The notes below the pieces were generated by a model. The model made no database searches. It was not told the origin of the DNA and worked only from the letters and a program-made list of their open reading frames with translations. The position numbers were made by a program, and so were the translations under genes. This document shows positions 12,174 through 24,850 of a DNA stretch of 64,000 nt, in pieces. The DNA comes from Anolis carolinensis. Lineage: Eukaryota. Numbering within the stretch: the stretch's first letter is position 1; the number at the start of each line of letters is the position of its first letter. The stretch spans positions 297,089,749 through 297,153,748 of the forward strand of contig NC_085842.1 of NCBI RefSeq assembly GCF_035594765.1, in the 5' to 3' direction.

Positions 12174-13590
12174 ATGGAGAAAAAATATTGCTACTTTCCT
12201 ATTTTTGTTGAGATAACCAGATTTAATACAGCATTAAGGCCTCTCATTTATGCTTCTATACTCTAATTTTTATGCTAAAATTAGATCATAGGCTGTAGAA
12301 GCAAAATGTAGGGTGAGCTGAAAACACAGCAACTATAGCAGTGTGATTCAATATCTCATTAGTTGTAATGACAGGAATTTAGGGACTGAAGAAAATTTTC
12401 ATCTGGAGACCAGAATTCCTATTTGAAAACACAGGGATTTTATCTGCCCACTCTTATAGCTACACACCCACATCAGTATGACACAGAGCATCAGCTCGCA
12501 CAGAACTTTCAGAACTGTGTATCACAACACACAAATGTGTCCTCGGTTGTACTCGGGTGTGTTGCATTAAAAATGCTCCCCACACTGTTCCCACCTCTAC
12601 AAAAATGGCTGCCTAGCAGCTGCTTTGAGGAAGCATGTTAGTTGGTCCTGGAGGAGGAGGAGGAGGAGGAAATGCCAGCATGAGCAACAGCAGTGGTGGC
12701 CACGCAGGGGCTTGATGCTGAGCTGAAACCCATGACCCTGCTATCCTTCTCCTTGTCATCCTCAGTTTTTCACCTCGCCTCCCCCCCCATCCCATGGCAG
12801 CGGCCCAAACAGTGGCCCCAGCAATTGTAGGGGAGGAAGAAAAGGAAAAAGAGGAATTGGAGGCAATAACAGAGGTTTATTCACCTGGCCAGAAGGAAGG
12901 CAGAACAGCATAATTGCCAAAAGAACTGACATAGCTCATACATAAATGTGTAGCACATTTTATACAGTTTGGCAGCTATTCAAACCTCCCACACTCTCTC
13001 CTGGTTGGTCAGGAGACATGCCTTCTAGGATCCACCTTCTTATTGGCTGAGACTTCTTTCTGACATTATAGATCAGGGTGGAGAGACAGAGAAAATAGCT
13101 GGGATTGGTGGGGTTCAAAATTAAAGGTTTGTTTCTGTGTCTGCCTCTGAGTGTGTGGGCCCCATTGTCAAGACTGAAAAGAATCTGTATTTAGCACTAT
13201 TGGACTTCGGAAACTTGGAATAATCTCTACACAAAGAGTGAGGCTTGGGAAACTGGAAAGTCAATCATGTGGGTAAACAAAGTCCTGAATGAGTCCTGGG
13301 GGTTGCTGGCAATCTGGCTCTCAGCAAGGAGTCCACTAGAAGAATCCATGTTGTTTCTCAAAACAGCCACATAGTCCAAAGTCACATAAGCACTACATAA
13401 TATAATTTATGATATTTGATAACCTTGGGTCTAATTAATCTGTGCAGCAGGGGCTCAGTTGTAGAAACAGAATATATTGGGGTTGGGAGTTCGATTATGC
13501 AGTTTTGCAACAGTGAAGAAGTTAGGAAAAAAGAAAAGGGACAACCAGTAGACAAAGAGAAAGCACCAGGTCTGTTTTGTATATATGAAA

Positions 13591-13739
13591 NNNNNNNNNN
13601 NNNNNNNNNNNNNNNNNNNNNNNNNNNNNNNNNNNNNNNNNNNNNNNNNNNNNNNNNNNNNNNNNNNNNNNNNNNNNNNNNNNNNNNNNNNNNNNNNNNN
13701 NNNNNNNNNNNNNNNNNNNNNNNNNNNNNNNNNNNNNNN
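13591..13739. other. Assembly gap (149 N)
   Basis: Run of n characters. Confidence 1.
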
Positions 13740-14576
13740 CTATTGGGTTTCCCTTTTTTCCTAACCTCTTCACTGTGGCAGAACTGAACTCCCAGGGAAT
13801 CATCCCCCTCCCCAAGTTCGATAATCATTCATACATCTATCGATTTTTGGTATTTTAAAATTTTTTGACAAAATGTTTTGTTTCTTTTAAACTACAACAA
13901 CTATCTCATTGGATATGAGGAATATGAGTAGTTTTGAGCCACCCCGAGTCCCTGTTGGGGAGGTGGTGGAGGGGTATAAATAAAGTTTTATTATTATTAT
14001 TATTTTGAATAGTAACTTTCAAGTAACTAGAAACGACATTTATCTGGCCTTTGCCAAATCGGGGGATGGGGGGATGGGTTCAATGAGAGTCTACTGCAGA
14101 GCCCTCCAAAGTGTGTTTCGCCACATACTGTAGTGTTGCCTGTAATCCACAGGTGAGGCGCTTCTCAACCCCACAAACAAAGGCTGCTTTGCATCTTCTT
14201 GGAAGGACTGTGTTGGCCCATCCCTGGAGGTGGTGGTGGTGGAGGCAGTGGGATCAACATCTAGAGCAGTGCAGCCACTTGGAAGGCATCCAGCCCAATC
14301 CTGAAGCCCCACCATCATCTTCTTCCTCCTCTTTGCCATCCTTGCCTCTTTGCCTCACACCACCCCCATGGCGGTGCCCCAAACAGTGGCCCCAGCCAGA
14401 GCCAGGGGAGAGGGAGGAGGAGGGAAAGGAAAGAATTAGAAGATACCCTCAAAAGGCATTCAGTCAACCCCCCTTCAGCTAGGTAAGAAGACACAGTAAA
14501 GACAAACCATCCAGACTCCATTCAACAACCTCCATAGAAGGAGATGCAACTGGACCCCCAGACAGTCTATACTTCA

Positions 14577-14695
14577 CTAGAGTTAAAAGATACCCCCAAA
14601 GGGCATCTTCTCCAACCTCCTTCAGCCAGGCAGGAATACACAATCAAAGCATCCCTGGATGGCCGTCCAGCCTCCGTTTAAAGACCTCCAGAGAG
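14577..14695 (-). mobile_element. Older CR1 3' fragment
   Basis: TAGAGTT...TCCAACC...CAAAGCATCCCTGGATGGCCGTCCAGCCTCCGTTTAAAGACCTCCA resembles the CR1 3' end seen at 62760-62880. Confidence 0.65.
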
Positions 14696-15600
14696 GTTTA
14701 ACCAGTACAGAAGTGGAGTGCTGGTGCTGTCCAAGCATAGGTACTGTTGTAAGTTTTAAAATTTGCACACATTTGTTGATTGAGTTGCAGTGATTACCAG
14801 TAAAATGGATATGTTTCTAATTTTAAAAAGAAAATTGGTTGACAATGATGTTTGTGGTGAATTACATGGAGTTCAATATGGAAAACTACACAAGAATCAG
14901 CTGTGATACATTAAGTAGAAAGGGGAAAAAATCCACACCTTGAATTACTGGCCATGAAAGGATGTATGTCTAAAAAGCGTGTTACCAAAATGAAAAGACA
15001 GACATGTAAATATGTAATAATGAGAATATTACAATCCAGTTTTAAGATACAAAATGTAGGAATTCTAGCTTATCCTAAACATAATAATATAAAAGTTCAG
15101 GAACACAAGTAGTATCTCTCCTGCCCCCCCCCCCCCCCCAAACATGATTTGATTGCTGTCACTGGAATATGAGCATGAATTGATCTTATTATAGGGTGCT
15201 AAACAGCATGACTTAACCCATCCCTTGAGTGCCAAAGCATATATTTTGAATGAAAATATAACTTTTAACACCTGCACACAGCATCCTATCTCTGCAAAAG
15301 GTCTGTTTTGATCACCACGATGTTTTGAAAGTACTTCCTGACACCTGGGAATTTGGTAAATATTTCCTGTTTTTATTGTGTCTGGAGAAAACAGGATTTT
15401 TCCAAGGTGAAACTAGTTCCTTGACAGACTCTCGGATGACCTACAGTTGGGTCTTTATTCATTTTTTTTAAAATGTCAAGTTTGAAGATGTAAATGTATT
15501 ATTTTCTTCCACACTTAGGGACCCTTAGATTAAATGGTCTCTTTCAGCAGCATGATAGCAATGAAACAATATAGACAAATTAAATATTAATCTTTTAGAA

Positions 15601-15707
15601 CAGTGATTCTCAACCTGTGGGTCTCCTACAACTCCCAGAAATCCCAGGTAGTTTACCAACAGTTATGATTTCTGAGAGTTGAAGGACAAAACATCTGGGG
15701 ACCACTG
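15601..15707. mobile_element. hAT (Charlie-like) MITE
   Basis: CAGTG...CACTG termini; perfect 8-bp TSD TTTTAGAA at 15593-15600 and 15708-15715. Confidence 0.85.
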
Positions 15708-16771
15708 TTTTAGAATAATTAAATATATTTTAAACTTATGACCTGCATACATGGAAATATACTTCAACATGAAATATTTTGGCTGAAATCCTGTTAGTCA
15801 GTTAAACTTGTGACTACATTGTTGCTGTTGTGTGCCTTCAAGTTATTTCTGGCTTATAGTGACCCTAAGGGTACTTCTAGACAGCGTCATAATCCGGGTG
15901 AAAGAAGTAGGGTAAAAAATCGCAGGACCTGACAGCAAGTCCAAACACAGAGCTGTCAGTCCCAGTAAACCCTCCCCAGCCACCCTGACACTTTCATTTG
16001 TAGCAGATTTTAAAATCCCGAAGATAGATGGAGGACATCAAGTGGAAATTTACTTTAATTTTTTAAAACTTTCTCCAAGATGCGCTGGACCTCATATGCA
16101 CCAATGCAGATATCAAAATGTACATACAAGGAGATTTCTTATTATCTCTCCTCACGCTACTGTACGTTCAAGCTCTGTTTAATTTCATAAATATCAGAAC
16201 AAAGGAATGGTTGCAGAGAGTTATCATTGTAATTGTTTTCCAATTGTGCTTCCATTTAGTCACCTGTGAGTCTGTGACTCCATTTGTTTACAGCCATCAT
16301 CAGCTCTTTTGGGATTTTAAAATGCTATTTTAAAATGCGAACATGCGCTGGAGCAGTTTATACCAGTGTAAAGGGACAAAGTCATGTCTTTTCTTTGACT
16401 GCAGGGATATACAGACATGCAAATATTTTCCAGCAGAAACTGGGTTTTAAACTCACCTTTTAACATGTGTTTTTCAGATGTCAATCTGAATCTGTGCACA
16501 TCTTCCTTAAACATCATTTAGCCATCCCCCTTTTATACCGGTTTATCCCATTTATGGCATCAGTCAAACCATTACTTGTCTTTGTCCTGTATTCTTCCCT
16601 AGTAAATTGTTGACTGTATTTTGACTTCATCTTCTGGCACTGTCTCATATTTCATATAGATAGTCTCATCATAGATTTTTCAAGGTAAAATACATTCAAA
16701 AGGTGTTTGCCATGCTTCCTTCTGTGCAGTTCTTAACTATGAGAACTGCACAGTGGCATCATAGTTAACTA

Positions 16772-17254
16772 GGGGCGGGCTGTGGAGCAGCTGGTTAGTA
16801 GCCAGCTGCAATAAATCACTACTGACCGAGAGGTCATGAGTTTGAAGCCCGGGTCGGATTGAGTGACCGACCATTAAATAGCCACTGACCATTAAATAGC
16901 CCCAGCTCGTTGTTTACCTAAGCAACCCGAAAGGCAGTTGCATCTGTCAAGTAGGAAATTTAGGGACCACTTATGCATGTCCAGCAGTGTGTGTGCCAGA
17001 AGATGAGGAAGTAATCCATCAAGGACTTGGCGTCACAGTGGATGATGAAGCAGCAGCTTCTCCTGTGGCCGGAATCGAGCATGCCCTCATAAAGCCAGAA
17101 GGTGGAAATGTTAAATAGCCTCTGTGTCTCTGTCTCTGTGTGTCGTATGTCTATGGTATTGAATGTTTGCCATATATATGTACATTGTGATCCGCCCTGA
17201 GTTCCCTTCGGAGTGAGAAGGGTGGAATATAAATACTGTAAATAAATAAATAAA
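16772..17254 (+). mobile_element. Anolis-type SINE2, long form
   Basis: Same head (GGGCTGTGGAGCAGCTGG...GAGGTCATGAGTTTGAAGCC) and L2-like tail with (TAAA)n as the copies at 5843 and 39440, plus a central block of about 250 bp. Confidence 0.85.
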
Positions 17255-18075
17255 AGTATGAGTATTAACTATGATGCCACTGTCATTGTCTCTAAGAGAT
17301 CTCCTACCAGTGTTGTCCCCCACTACTATTGCTTGGCATATTTAGTCTGGTTTCTCAGCAAAAGCCTGTATAACACTGAAGACCCTAGTAGCAGTACTGT
17401 TGCCATCATCATAGTCTCTTGCCTTACAGATGGACACAATCCCACCATCATGGAAATGTACTGTCATGGTGAACATCCATCGATACAACTCTCAGACTTT
17501 CCCCCCTTCCTTGTTCATGCCACACAGTTATAGTATTTAATCATAATAGGCAATCCTTTGTGGCAGAGTATGATTGTCTTCCAGAAGTAGAGTCTTGGCG
17601 ATGGGTCCGTAAGTGACTGTAGAGACCTATTCTGGATTCACATGGTCTATCACAATAAGGACATCAATTTCCAGACAATTATAGTACTTTGATATAACTG
17701 TACTATAGCACCATCCTATAGAATCACAGGGCTTGGCATTCTTTGCTAAAGCTCTAATACCCCACAAAATTATAAATCCCGGGATTCCATAGAAGTCAGC
17801 CATGGTGGTTCAAGTGGCATCAAAGTGCTGTTGTTGTGTAGTATGAAAGAGAGCTGCATCCAAAAGTACCTGAAAAATGCATACACTGCAGCTGAAACTC
17901 TATAGTTGAATAAACTCTCCTGGATTGCTTTATTATGGTCATAAAAAGTCTGAAAGTACACAGTTCAGGTCTGCACTTTTACATATAGTGTTTTGCCATT
18001 GATTTTCATTGAAAACAAACACTAGAACTCAAGAAAATAGACCTCAATTTTCTTCTTATTTTCAAAATAGTATGT

Positions 18076-18409
18076 GGAACCCTGGTGGCGAAGTGCGTTA
18101 AAGCGTTGAGCTGCTGAACTTGCAGAGCGAAAGGTCCCAGGTTCAAATCCCGGGAGCGGAGTGAGCGCCCGCTATTAGCTCCAGCTTCTGCCAACCTAGC
18201 AGTTCGAAAACATGCCAATGTGAGTAGATCAATAGGTACCACTCCAGCGGGAAGATAACGGCGCTCCATGCAGTCATGCCGGCCACATAACCTTGGATGT
18301 GTCTACGGACAACGCTGGCTCTTTGGCTTAGAAATGGAGATGAGCACCAACCCCCAGAGTCAGACATGACTGGACTTAACATCAGGGGAAACCTTTACCT
18401 TTACCTTTA
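18076..18409 (+). mobile_element. Sauria SINE, full length
   Basis: tRNA-like A-box TGGCGAAGTG and B-box GGTTCAAATCC; body CTTCTGCCAACCTAGCAGTTCGAAAACATGC...; (ACCTTT)n tail. Confidence 0.93.
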
Positions 18410-19244
18410 TGACTCCTGAAGAATTTCATCCTCTTCAGCCTCTTAGGAAATGAATTTTTAGGATGGGCAAAGGAGCTGAAACAAATAACAAATCTACTGT
18501 GAAATGACCAGCCGGAAGAGCTCGAACAGCTAAATCAATTGTCAGAATTTAAGACACAATTTAAGACATATCTCTTCTGGCAAGCCTTAAGTTGTAAATT
18601 TTACCTGCATTTTATTGGTACATTTTAGGCTGTATTTTATCTGTGTGTATGTTATATGTATTTTAATAGTGCTTTTTTCTGCTCTACTTTTTAACTATGT
18701 TTTACCCCACCTCAACCTGCAAGGAGAGGTGGGTAATAAATATGCTGCTGTTGTTGTTGTTGTTCATGTGGGAAAGATCTGTTTGGAATGGGGATTAATA
18801 AAAAAAACCTTCCCCAAACTGAAAAGCTATTGAGTATTTTAAAAATCTAATAGTAGCATGTTCCTGAAGATTCAAGTACAATAGGAAAAGGGAGAATTCA
18901 AGAGGTCCTTGCAGCTGTGACACATTTTCCTCTGGGTTATTTTTAGTTTTCTATTCCTGATTTTTATTTTGAATTTCACTTGGCTGCCCATACTGCTTCC
19001 CCCAATACCTTTATAGCTCTTCCTTGTAGAGCACATTTCAAGCATTCTTTCTTTTCCTTCAGAGGAAACCCAATGACTGTTTGCCAACTTCAGAAGTACA
19101 TGTTTGTCTTGGCAAAGGGAAAATTCTCGGCCAATTTGATTTGGGAAGTCTGTTCAGATTTTTAAACTTTCTAATATAGCACACTTGGGTGAAGTATAAT
19201 CCTCCAATAATCATTGGACTGTGACACTGAGAATATATACCTAA

Positions 19245-19370
19245 AGACCCTAAAGGCACCAGATTATTTTGGGGCTTGGAAGCTAGTCAGGGTTACCCTT
19301 GCTTAGTATGTGGACAGGAGACTACCAGTGAATCCCAGGTGCTGTAGACTATATTTCATAGGAAGGAATA
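19245..19370 (+). mobile_element. 5S rRNA-headed SINE, 3'-truncated
   Basis: GGAAGCTAGTCAGGGT...TTAGTATGTGGACAGGAGACTACC...GAATCCCAGGTGCTGTAG resembles the 3' two-thirds of 5S rRNA. Confidence 0.65.
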
Positions 19371-19503
19371 TAAAATCAACATACAAAATTCTATATATAG
19401 AAAACATTTAGTAGAATTTCTACATATATTCTAACTTTAGAATGAGACTAAAAATCATGATTCTAGCATCAATTATATATTTGTCCCTCTCAGGGTCAAA
19501 CTA

Positions 19504-19644
19504 GGGCCCCTTCCACACAGTTGTATAAAATCCACATTGAACTGGATTATATGGCAGTGTGGACTCAGGTAACCCCGTTCAAAGCAGATATTGTGGATTA
19601 TCTGCCTTGATATTCTGGGTTATATGGCTGTGTGGAAGGGTCCC
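19504..19644. mobile_element. Non-autonomous DNA transposon (PIF/Harbinger-like MITE), GGCCCCTTCCACAC family
   Basis: TIRs GGGCCCCTTCCACACAG / CTGTGTGGAAGGGTCCC; related copies near 23818, 23994, 30154, 30816, 31301, 32900, 33103, 55763; superfamily inferred. Confidence 0.8.
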
Positions 19645-20204
19645 AATGTTAAGCAGAATATTTTTTCCCCCAATTAGCTGTCTTCCCTGATACAGCAAAA
19701 CATTTTGGATCAAGCGTTGTTCAAACATTATGGGGTGTGTGGGTGTGTGTGTGTGAAATCTTTGTGGGAGTACAAGAAAACTTCAGAAGACGGATGCTGG
19801 GGGTAATGGGTGATGTCTATTGAGTCTTTGTCCAATGTCCTGTTGGGCTGAGGGCCAGGGTCCCACTTGAAATGGTATCTGATGGGAAACCATAAGACCA
19901 TCAATTGAACAATTTGTCTCTGAAGTAATCCATGCTGCAGCTCTTGGCTTGAGAAGCAAATAAGGTATTTTTGAGTTGTCTCTGCCCTGGGTCAATCAGA
20001 GGTGAAACAGTCTCTTGTCTTCAGAAATAAAATATATTTAATTGATTTATAAGTGGAATAAAATATAGTTCATAGTTTGGATGATAGAGGAGAGGAGCAA
20101 GGCTCTGGAGGTGTCAAAATGGTAGCACAGTGGGCATGCATGATGGAGCTGGAAAGGCTGTTTCCTTTCCTTTTCACTCTTTAATTCCTGAGCACAGGCA
20201 TAAA

Positions 20205-20537
20205 GAGTAGTGTCTCGCTTATACAATCTTCACTTATCAAATGTTCTGTATTATCCAATGCAGTCTGCCTTTTAGTAGTCAATGCTTTTAATACATTGTG
20301 ATATTTTGGTGCTAAATTCATAAATACAGTAATTACCACATAATGTTACTGTGTATTGAACAGCTTTTTCTGTTGATTTGTTGTAAAACATGATATTTTG
20401 GTGTTTAATTTGTAAAATCATAATGTAATTTGACATTTAATATGCCTTTCCTTAATCCCTCCCTCCTTATTATTCAACATTTTTGCTTATCCAACGTTCT
20501 GCCGGCCTGTTAATGTTGGATAAATGAGATTCTACTG
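20205..20537. mobile_element. Tc1/mariner (Tigger/pogo-like) MITE, CAGTAGAGTCTCACTTATCCAAC family
   Basis: TIRs AGTAGTGTCTCGCTTAT / ATAAATGAGATTCTACTG followed by TA; opposite orientation to the copy at 48681. Confidence 0.8.
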
Positions 20538-21499
20538 TATTAGTATCAACGAATATACTTATGATCAGAGCAAAATAGGGAAATATAATAGAGCAGAGTC
20601 AGGGATAGAAGGTTCTAAGAAGTCTATATAAGAAGATACATTGTAACATCATAAGGATATGTTTCATTTTGGTTAACCGGATATTGAGTTGTTACTAGTG
20701 GGACCTCCTGCCATAGGCCAGGGCTCATGAGACAAACGCCGGTTCAGACTAGCCAATTAGAGAGCCTGGGCTGGCTCCATGAGATCAGGGCAGAGTCGGG
20801 ACCTGGTGCCTCTGAAAGCTTCCTGGACCCATAGAGAGTCTCTCTGTTGGACTCAGCTCCATGTGACCCACGCCTCATCCTGGCTGGCACACATTTAAGG
20901 AGGCTAGCCCCCCTGTGAATATACACTGATGGCGGAGCTTAGGAGACTTCATGTAAGAGGAAAAGTGCCATAGTATTTCATTTTGGCTTGTTGCCCTTGG
21001 AAAACTATACATCTTTTGGGGGGAGGGGGTCTGTGTTCGACAACAATTTCTCATTCTTTTTTTCCTGGCACATAGCAAATAAGAATGAGACATGGGGCAC
21101 AACTGCAAAGACCATATAATCCAGTTTGAAGCTGTGGTGCTTTGTAAATGTGCGTTTTGTAGTTGCTGCAGTTCGAAGCTAACTTGCTTCAAACAGCGGC
21201 AGCTACAAAACACACATTGCCAAAGGAGCACTACTTAAAGTAAATAAAGCGCATCAAGCACTACTGGGGGGAAAATCTGAAATCACAGTTACTTGAATGT
21301 GCTAAATTTTCAAAGAACACCTTTTTGTGTTGACGTATTCATGCTCACAACCATTTTCTGAAGCAAGTGACTTCAGTGAAACTGAATTCCATTATGAGAT
21401 TTGAGGCTTGTGAACTACACATTAATGTTTAAAAAATCTGTTAATTTGTTTTCAAATCTTGACATAATACTGTGTGAAACCCAGTGTCCAGAATTAAAC

Positions 21500-21900
21500 C
21501 CATTCTGCCAGGACACCCAACGATGGCCTCTCAATTACCATGATTAATGGAATGTGCTTGTTTGTTTTCCCCTTGAGAATCCGAAAGGTTAAAAAAAAGT
21601 ATCACAACCAAACAAAAGCATATCAATAACAGGAAGCTGTTGGTGAGAAATACCCCGATCTTCCTGTAAATTCACGTCACCACACTCCTCAGAGACAAAG
21701 GTGCGTAAACAGCATGGTAAATAATTATGATTTAATATGGGCCTTGCAATGTTGTTTACCGTACTGCAACAAAAAAGAATTGTTTCCCAAGGCGCAAAAA
21801 GAGCAAATAATAGAAACTCATATCATTCTAATCAGGAAACAATGATGTTACGTCTGGGTTAGCGGCTGAAAACCAATTGTAACTTATCAGTGTATCAAGC
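21500..21900. promoter_or_regulatory. Candidate endothelial enhancer (FOX:ETS, ETS, FOX, SOX, CRE motifs)
   Basis: AATAACAGGAAG 21625-21636, CTTCCTGT, TCACGTCA, GTAAACA, TGTTTAC, ACAAAG, CAGGAAACAAT in an apparently repeat-free stretch. Confidence 0.4.
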
Positions 21901-22656
21901 AGACAGCCATGTTCATGCCTCTAAACAGAAAGATTTGGACTGGCAAAAGGTTGGATTGGTAAAATGTGAGAAAGTGAATTATCAAGTGTATCAGTGTTCT
22001 TTTGTGTGCACATAGTTATTGAATTGCACACAAGTACACACGGCACAGGCAAAATTGCATCACTGTCCCACAGGACATTTGCAATGTTTATGTGGAATAC
22101 TAATCATTAATTTTTCCTGGATTTTGTCACCCTTGGGTTTTTTCCAAGGGCACTGTGGAATTTTTGTGGTTTGGTCATTGGAGAAAATATTGGGCAAAGA
22201 GTAAATGCTAGGAACAACTAGTAGGCCATGGGTTGGATTGAGAAGAAGATTCTGAATAAACAGAAAGCTTTTAGTGGTGATGGGAATTTGTTGCTGTTAA
22301 CTACTTTAATGGCAATAGCAGCTAGTGGCTACCCTATCAGTGGGAAAGTGAACTCCTTCCAAATTTTAGCCTCAGTTTTAAAAGAGATATCCGATGTGCT
22401 GAATGTAGTCACCTTCTGCCACTGTTTCAGACTAAATAAGATTGTAAAGTCTGCACCAAAAATGAGGAAGAACATCAGTCTCCTAGGAAGAAGGCTGTGA
22501 TCTTGTTGGTGCTTAGACTGGAGGTTTTGCCAATGTACGTCTTGTTTTGATGTATGTGAAGGCCTTTTTTACTTACCCTTCATAGTCTGCCTCAAAAACC
22601 TCGTCCCATCCAACCTATTAGTTTCTGGGAGGCATTGCTACAGTATACCTCTACAA

Positions 22657-22791
22657 TAGTGGTTCTGAACCTTTGGGCCTCCAGGTGTTTTGGACTTCAA
22701 CTTCCAGAAATCCCAGCCAATTTACCAGCTGTTGGGAACTGTGGGAGCTGAAGTCCAAAACACCTGGAGGCCTAAAGGTTGGGAACCACTG
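22657..22791. mobile_element. hAT MITE (near-palindromic)
   Basis: TIRs (C/T)AGTGGTTC / GAACCACTG; perfect 8-bp TSD CTCTACAA at 22649-22656 and 22792-22799. Confidence 0.9.
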
Positions 22792-24229
22792 CTCTACAAA
22801 GAGGGGAGTGGTGACCAACCAAAGGGAATTGTCTTCCATCCATGCTAGTTCTTCAAAAAAAAAAAAGTGTGGAAGAGAAGCAATTTTGTTCTTTTTTTAT
22901 CCTATCTAGCTATAGCTAGTATCCCTAGGGCTATTTCTCTGGTATTGGAAATGGGCTTAGCGGGGGGAAAGCAAAAATAATTTATATAAAAATAAAGCTG
23001 TTCCTTATTGCCTAACAAAAAGCATCCCACTGGGATCTCAAATAATACCTAGTGGAAGCTCCTTGCTTTAATAATTATATGACACATTTCCCCAGCATTT
23101 TGCTGTGTCATTTTGTTCCCACAAAAGTTTTGCATACCAAAATAAAGTATTAAAAAATATGTGTGGGGACTTGCATCATCACTTTATCCAGCTTCTCTCC
23201 CAAAATATTTTGGAGGTAATCGGGCAAGCTGTTATGTAAAAGGCACTCAGAACAATGTGGTCTTTATGAGGAAGTCTGGGGAAAAAATAACCTGTGAATT
23301 GAAATAATCCCATTTGGGTCTGTCAGATTTTAAAGCTAATTCAGTTCGGGTCAGGTCGTAGTTGGATGAGAAGTATTTTATTCACAACTCTGGCATGGGG
23401 AAGACATGTTTGGAGTAAAATTTTCCTCTCAGTATCGAAGCTGTGAATCAACATTCTGTGAAAGAATGCCAAGTATATGCATATGAACAAAAAATATTCA
23501 CTGCTACAACATAAACACAGTGCAACTGATTAATCTTCATATGCCCATATTGTACCCACTGATATATATGTGAACCTTCATTTACCAGGGACCCCATTTT
23601 TAATTCTGCAGGGATAGGAGTTAGGTGCATTTGCAGACCAAAAGGTTTCCCGTACCTTTAAAGGTTGTGTAGAAGTGGGATTGTCACAAGTGATTAAAAG
23701 TACAAGGATTCTCTCCAGTTTTCATTCTGGCAAGTCTAGTTAGACAAGGGAAAACATCAAATCTGGCCCACCACATTTTTATGTGGCCCATAAAGCTTTT
23801 AATGGCAGGGCAACATAGGCCCCTTCTACACTAGCAAATTATCCAGATTATCAAATCAGATAATCCACATTATTTGTTTTGAACTGGATTATATGAGTCT
23901 ACGCTGTCATATAATCCAGTTCAACATAAATAATGTGGATTTTATATGGATTTATATATGTGGCCCAAGAAGCTTTCAATGTCAGGGCAACATAGGCCCC
24001 TTCTACACAGCCAGATAATCCAAGTTATCAAATCAGAAAATCCACATTTTATTTGAAATGGATTAACAGAGGGCCCATCTAGACAGGCCCAAAAAGCGGG
24101 ACATGTCTGGGTTTTTACCAGAGGCATCCAAATGATGCTTCTAGTAAAAATGAATTAATTCAGAACAAGACAGGGTTTCCCAGGTTTCCTCTTTTTCTCC
24201 TTGTCATCAGAATCAGTTGGAGTTGTGCA

Positions 24230-24850
24230 GGTGCTGCATTACTGCCTAGATGTCATAATGGGTTGGGAGTAGGCCTGCAAACTGATTCTGAATCCTAATA
24301 AGATGAAGATGAAGATGAAGGACCAAATATGTAATGTAATAGTACTCTGAGATTTGTCAGTGTCTCTGGAGATCCAATTGGACTCCTAGCTTGAAGTGCT
24401 TGGTTGGCTTTTCCTGGAAAGGGATAACTTAGCCACAGTAACGCACATGCTGGAAACGTCTTGCTTAGACTACTGCAGTGAGAATGAAGCTGTCCTCAAA
24501 GATGACTTGGAAAGTAGAGATACTGTATCACAACATTCAGAAACAAGATTACTGACTGAGATAACATATATCACTATACTAGCCTAAAAGAAACTGTACC
24601 AACTGCCAAACCATTTCTGGTCTGAATTCAAGATGCTAGTGATAACATTACATGTCCTTAAATGGTTTAGGGTGACAATACTTAAAGCAGTGCTCTCCCT
24701 AAATGTTGCACAAGTGAGGCCAATATGATGGTGAAGGACATTGGAGAGGGTATTTGGGGCTGTAGCACCTCATTTGAGGAATGCCTTTTCCTGGAGATCT
24801 CACAGGTGCCAACACTGGTTCCAATAGAGCACATCAAATCAAGATATCTA
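24230..24850 (+). mobile_element. Decayed L2 LINE ORF2 3' fragment
   Basis: Fragments translate to LNPNK, LATVTHMLETSCLDYC, LYQLP, FKMLVIT and LNGLG, resembling L2 motifs LNPxKTE / LDYCN / LHWLP / FKxLxLTYKALNGL. Confidence 0.7.

Noticed and set aside
13382-13828. ORFs spanning the N run
   Set aside because: Artefacts of undefined bases.
18076-18155. Possible tRNA gene
   Set aside because: The A/B boxes belong to a Sauria SINE head that continues into the SINE body and ACCTTT tail.
20690-20945. Possible solo-LTR fragment (similar impression at about 33570-33950 and 44985-45470)
   Set aside because: No clear TG...CA boundaries, TSD or internal retroviral sequence could be established by eye.
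22565-22620. Minus-strand donor GG|GTAAGT with a short open frame
   Set aside because: No convincing pyrimidine-rich acceptor, recognisable protein or partner exons.
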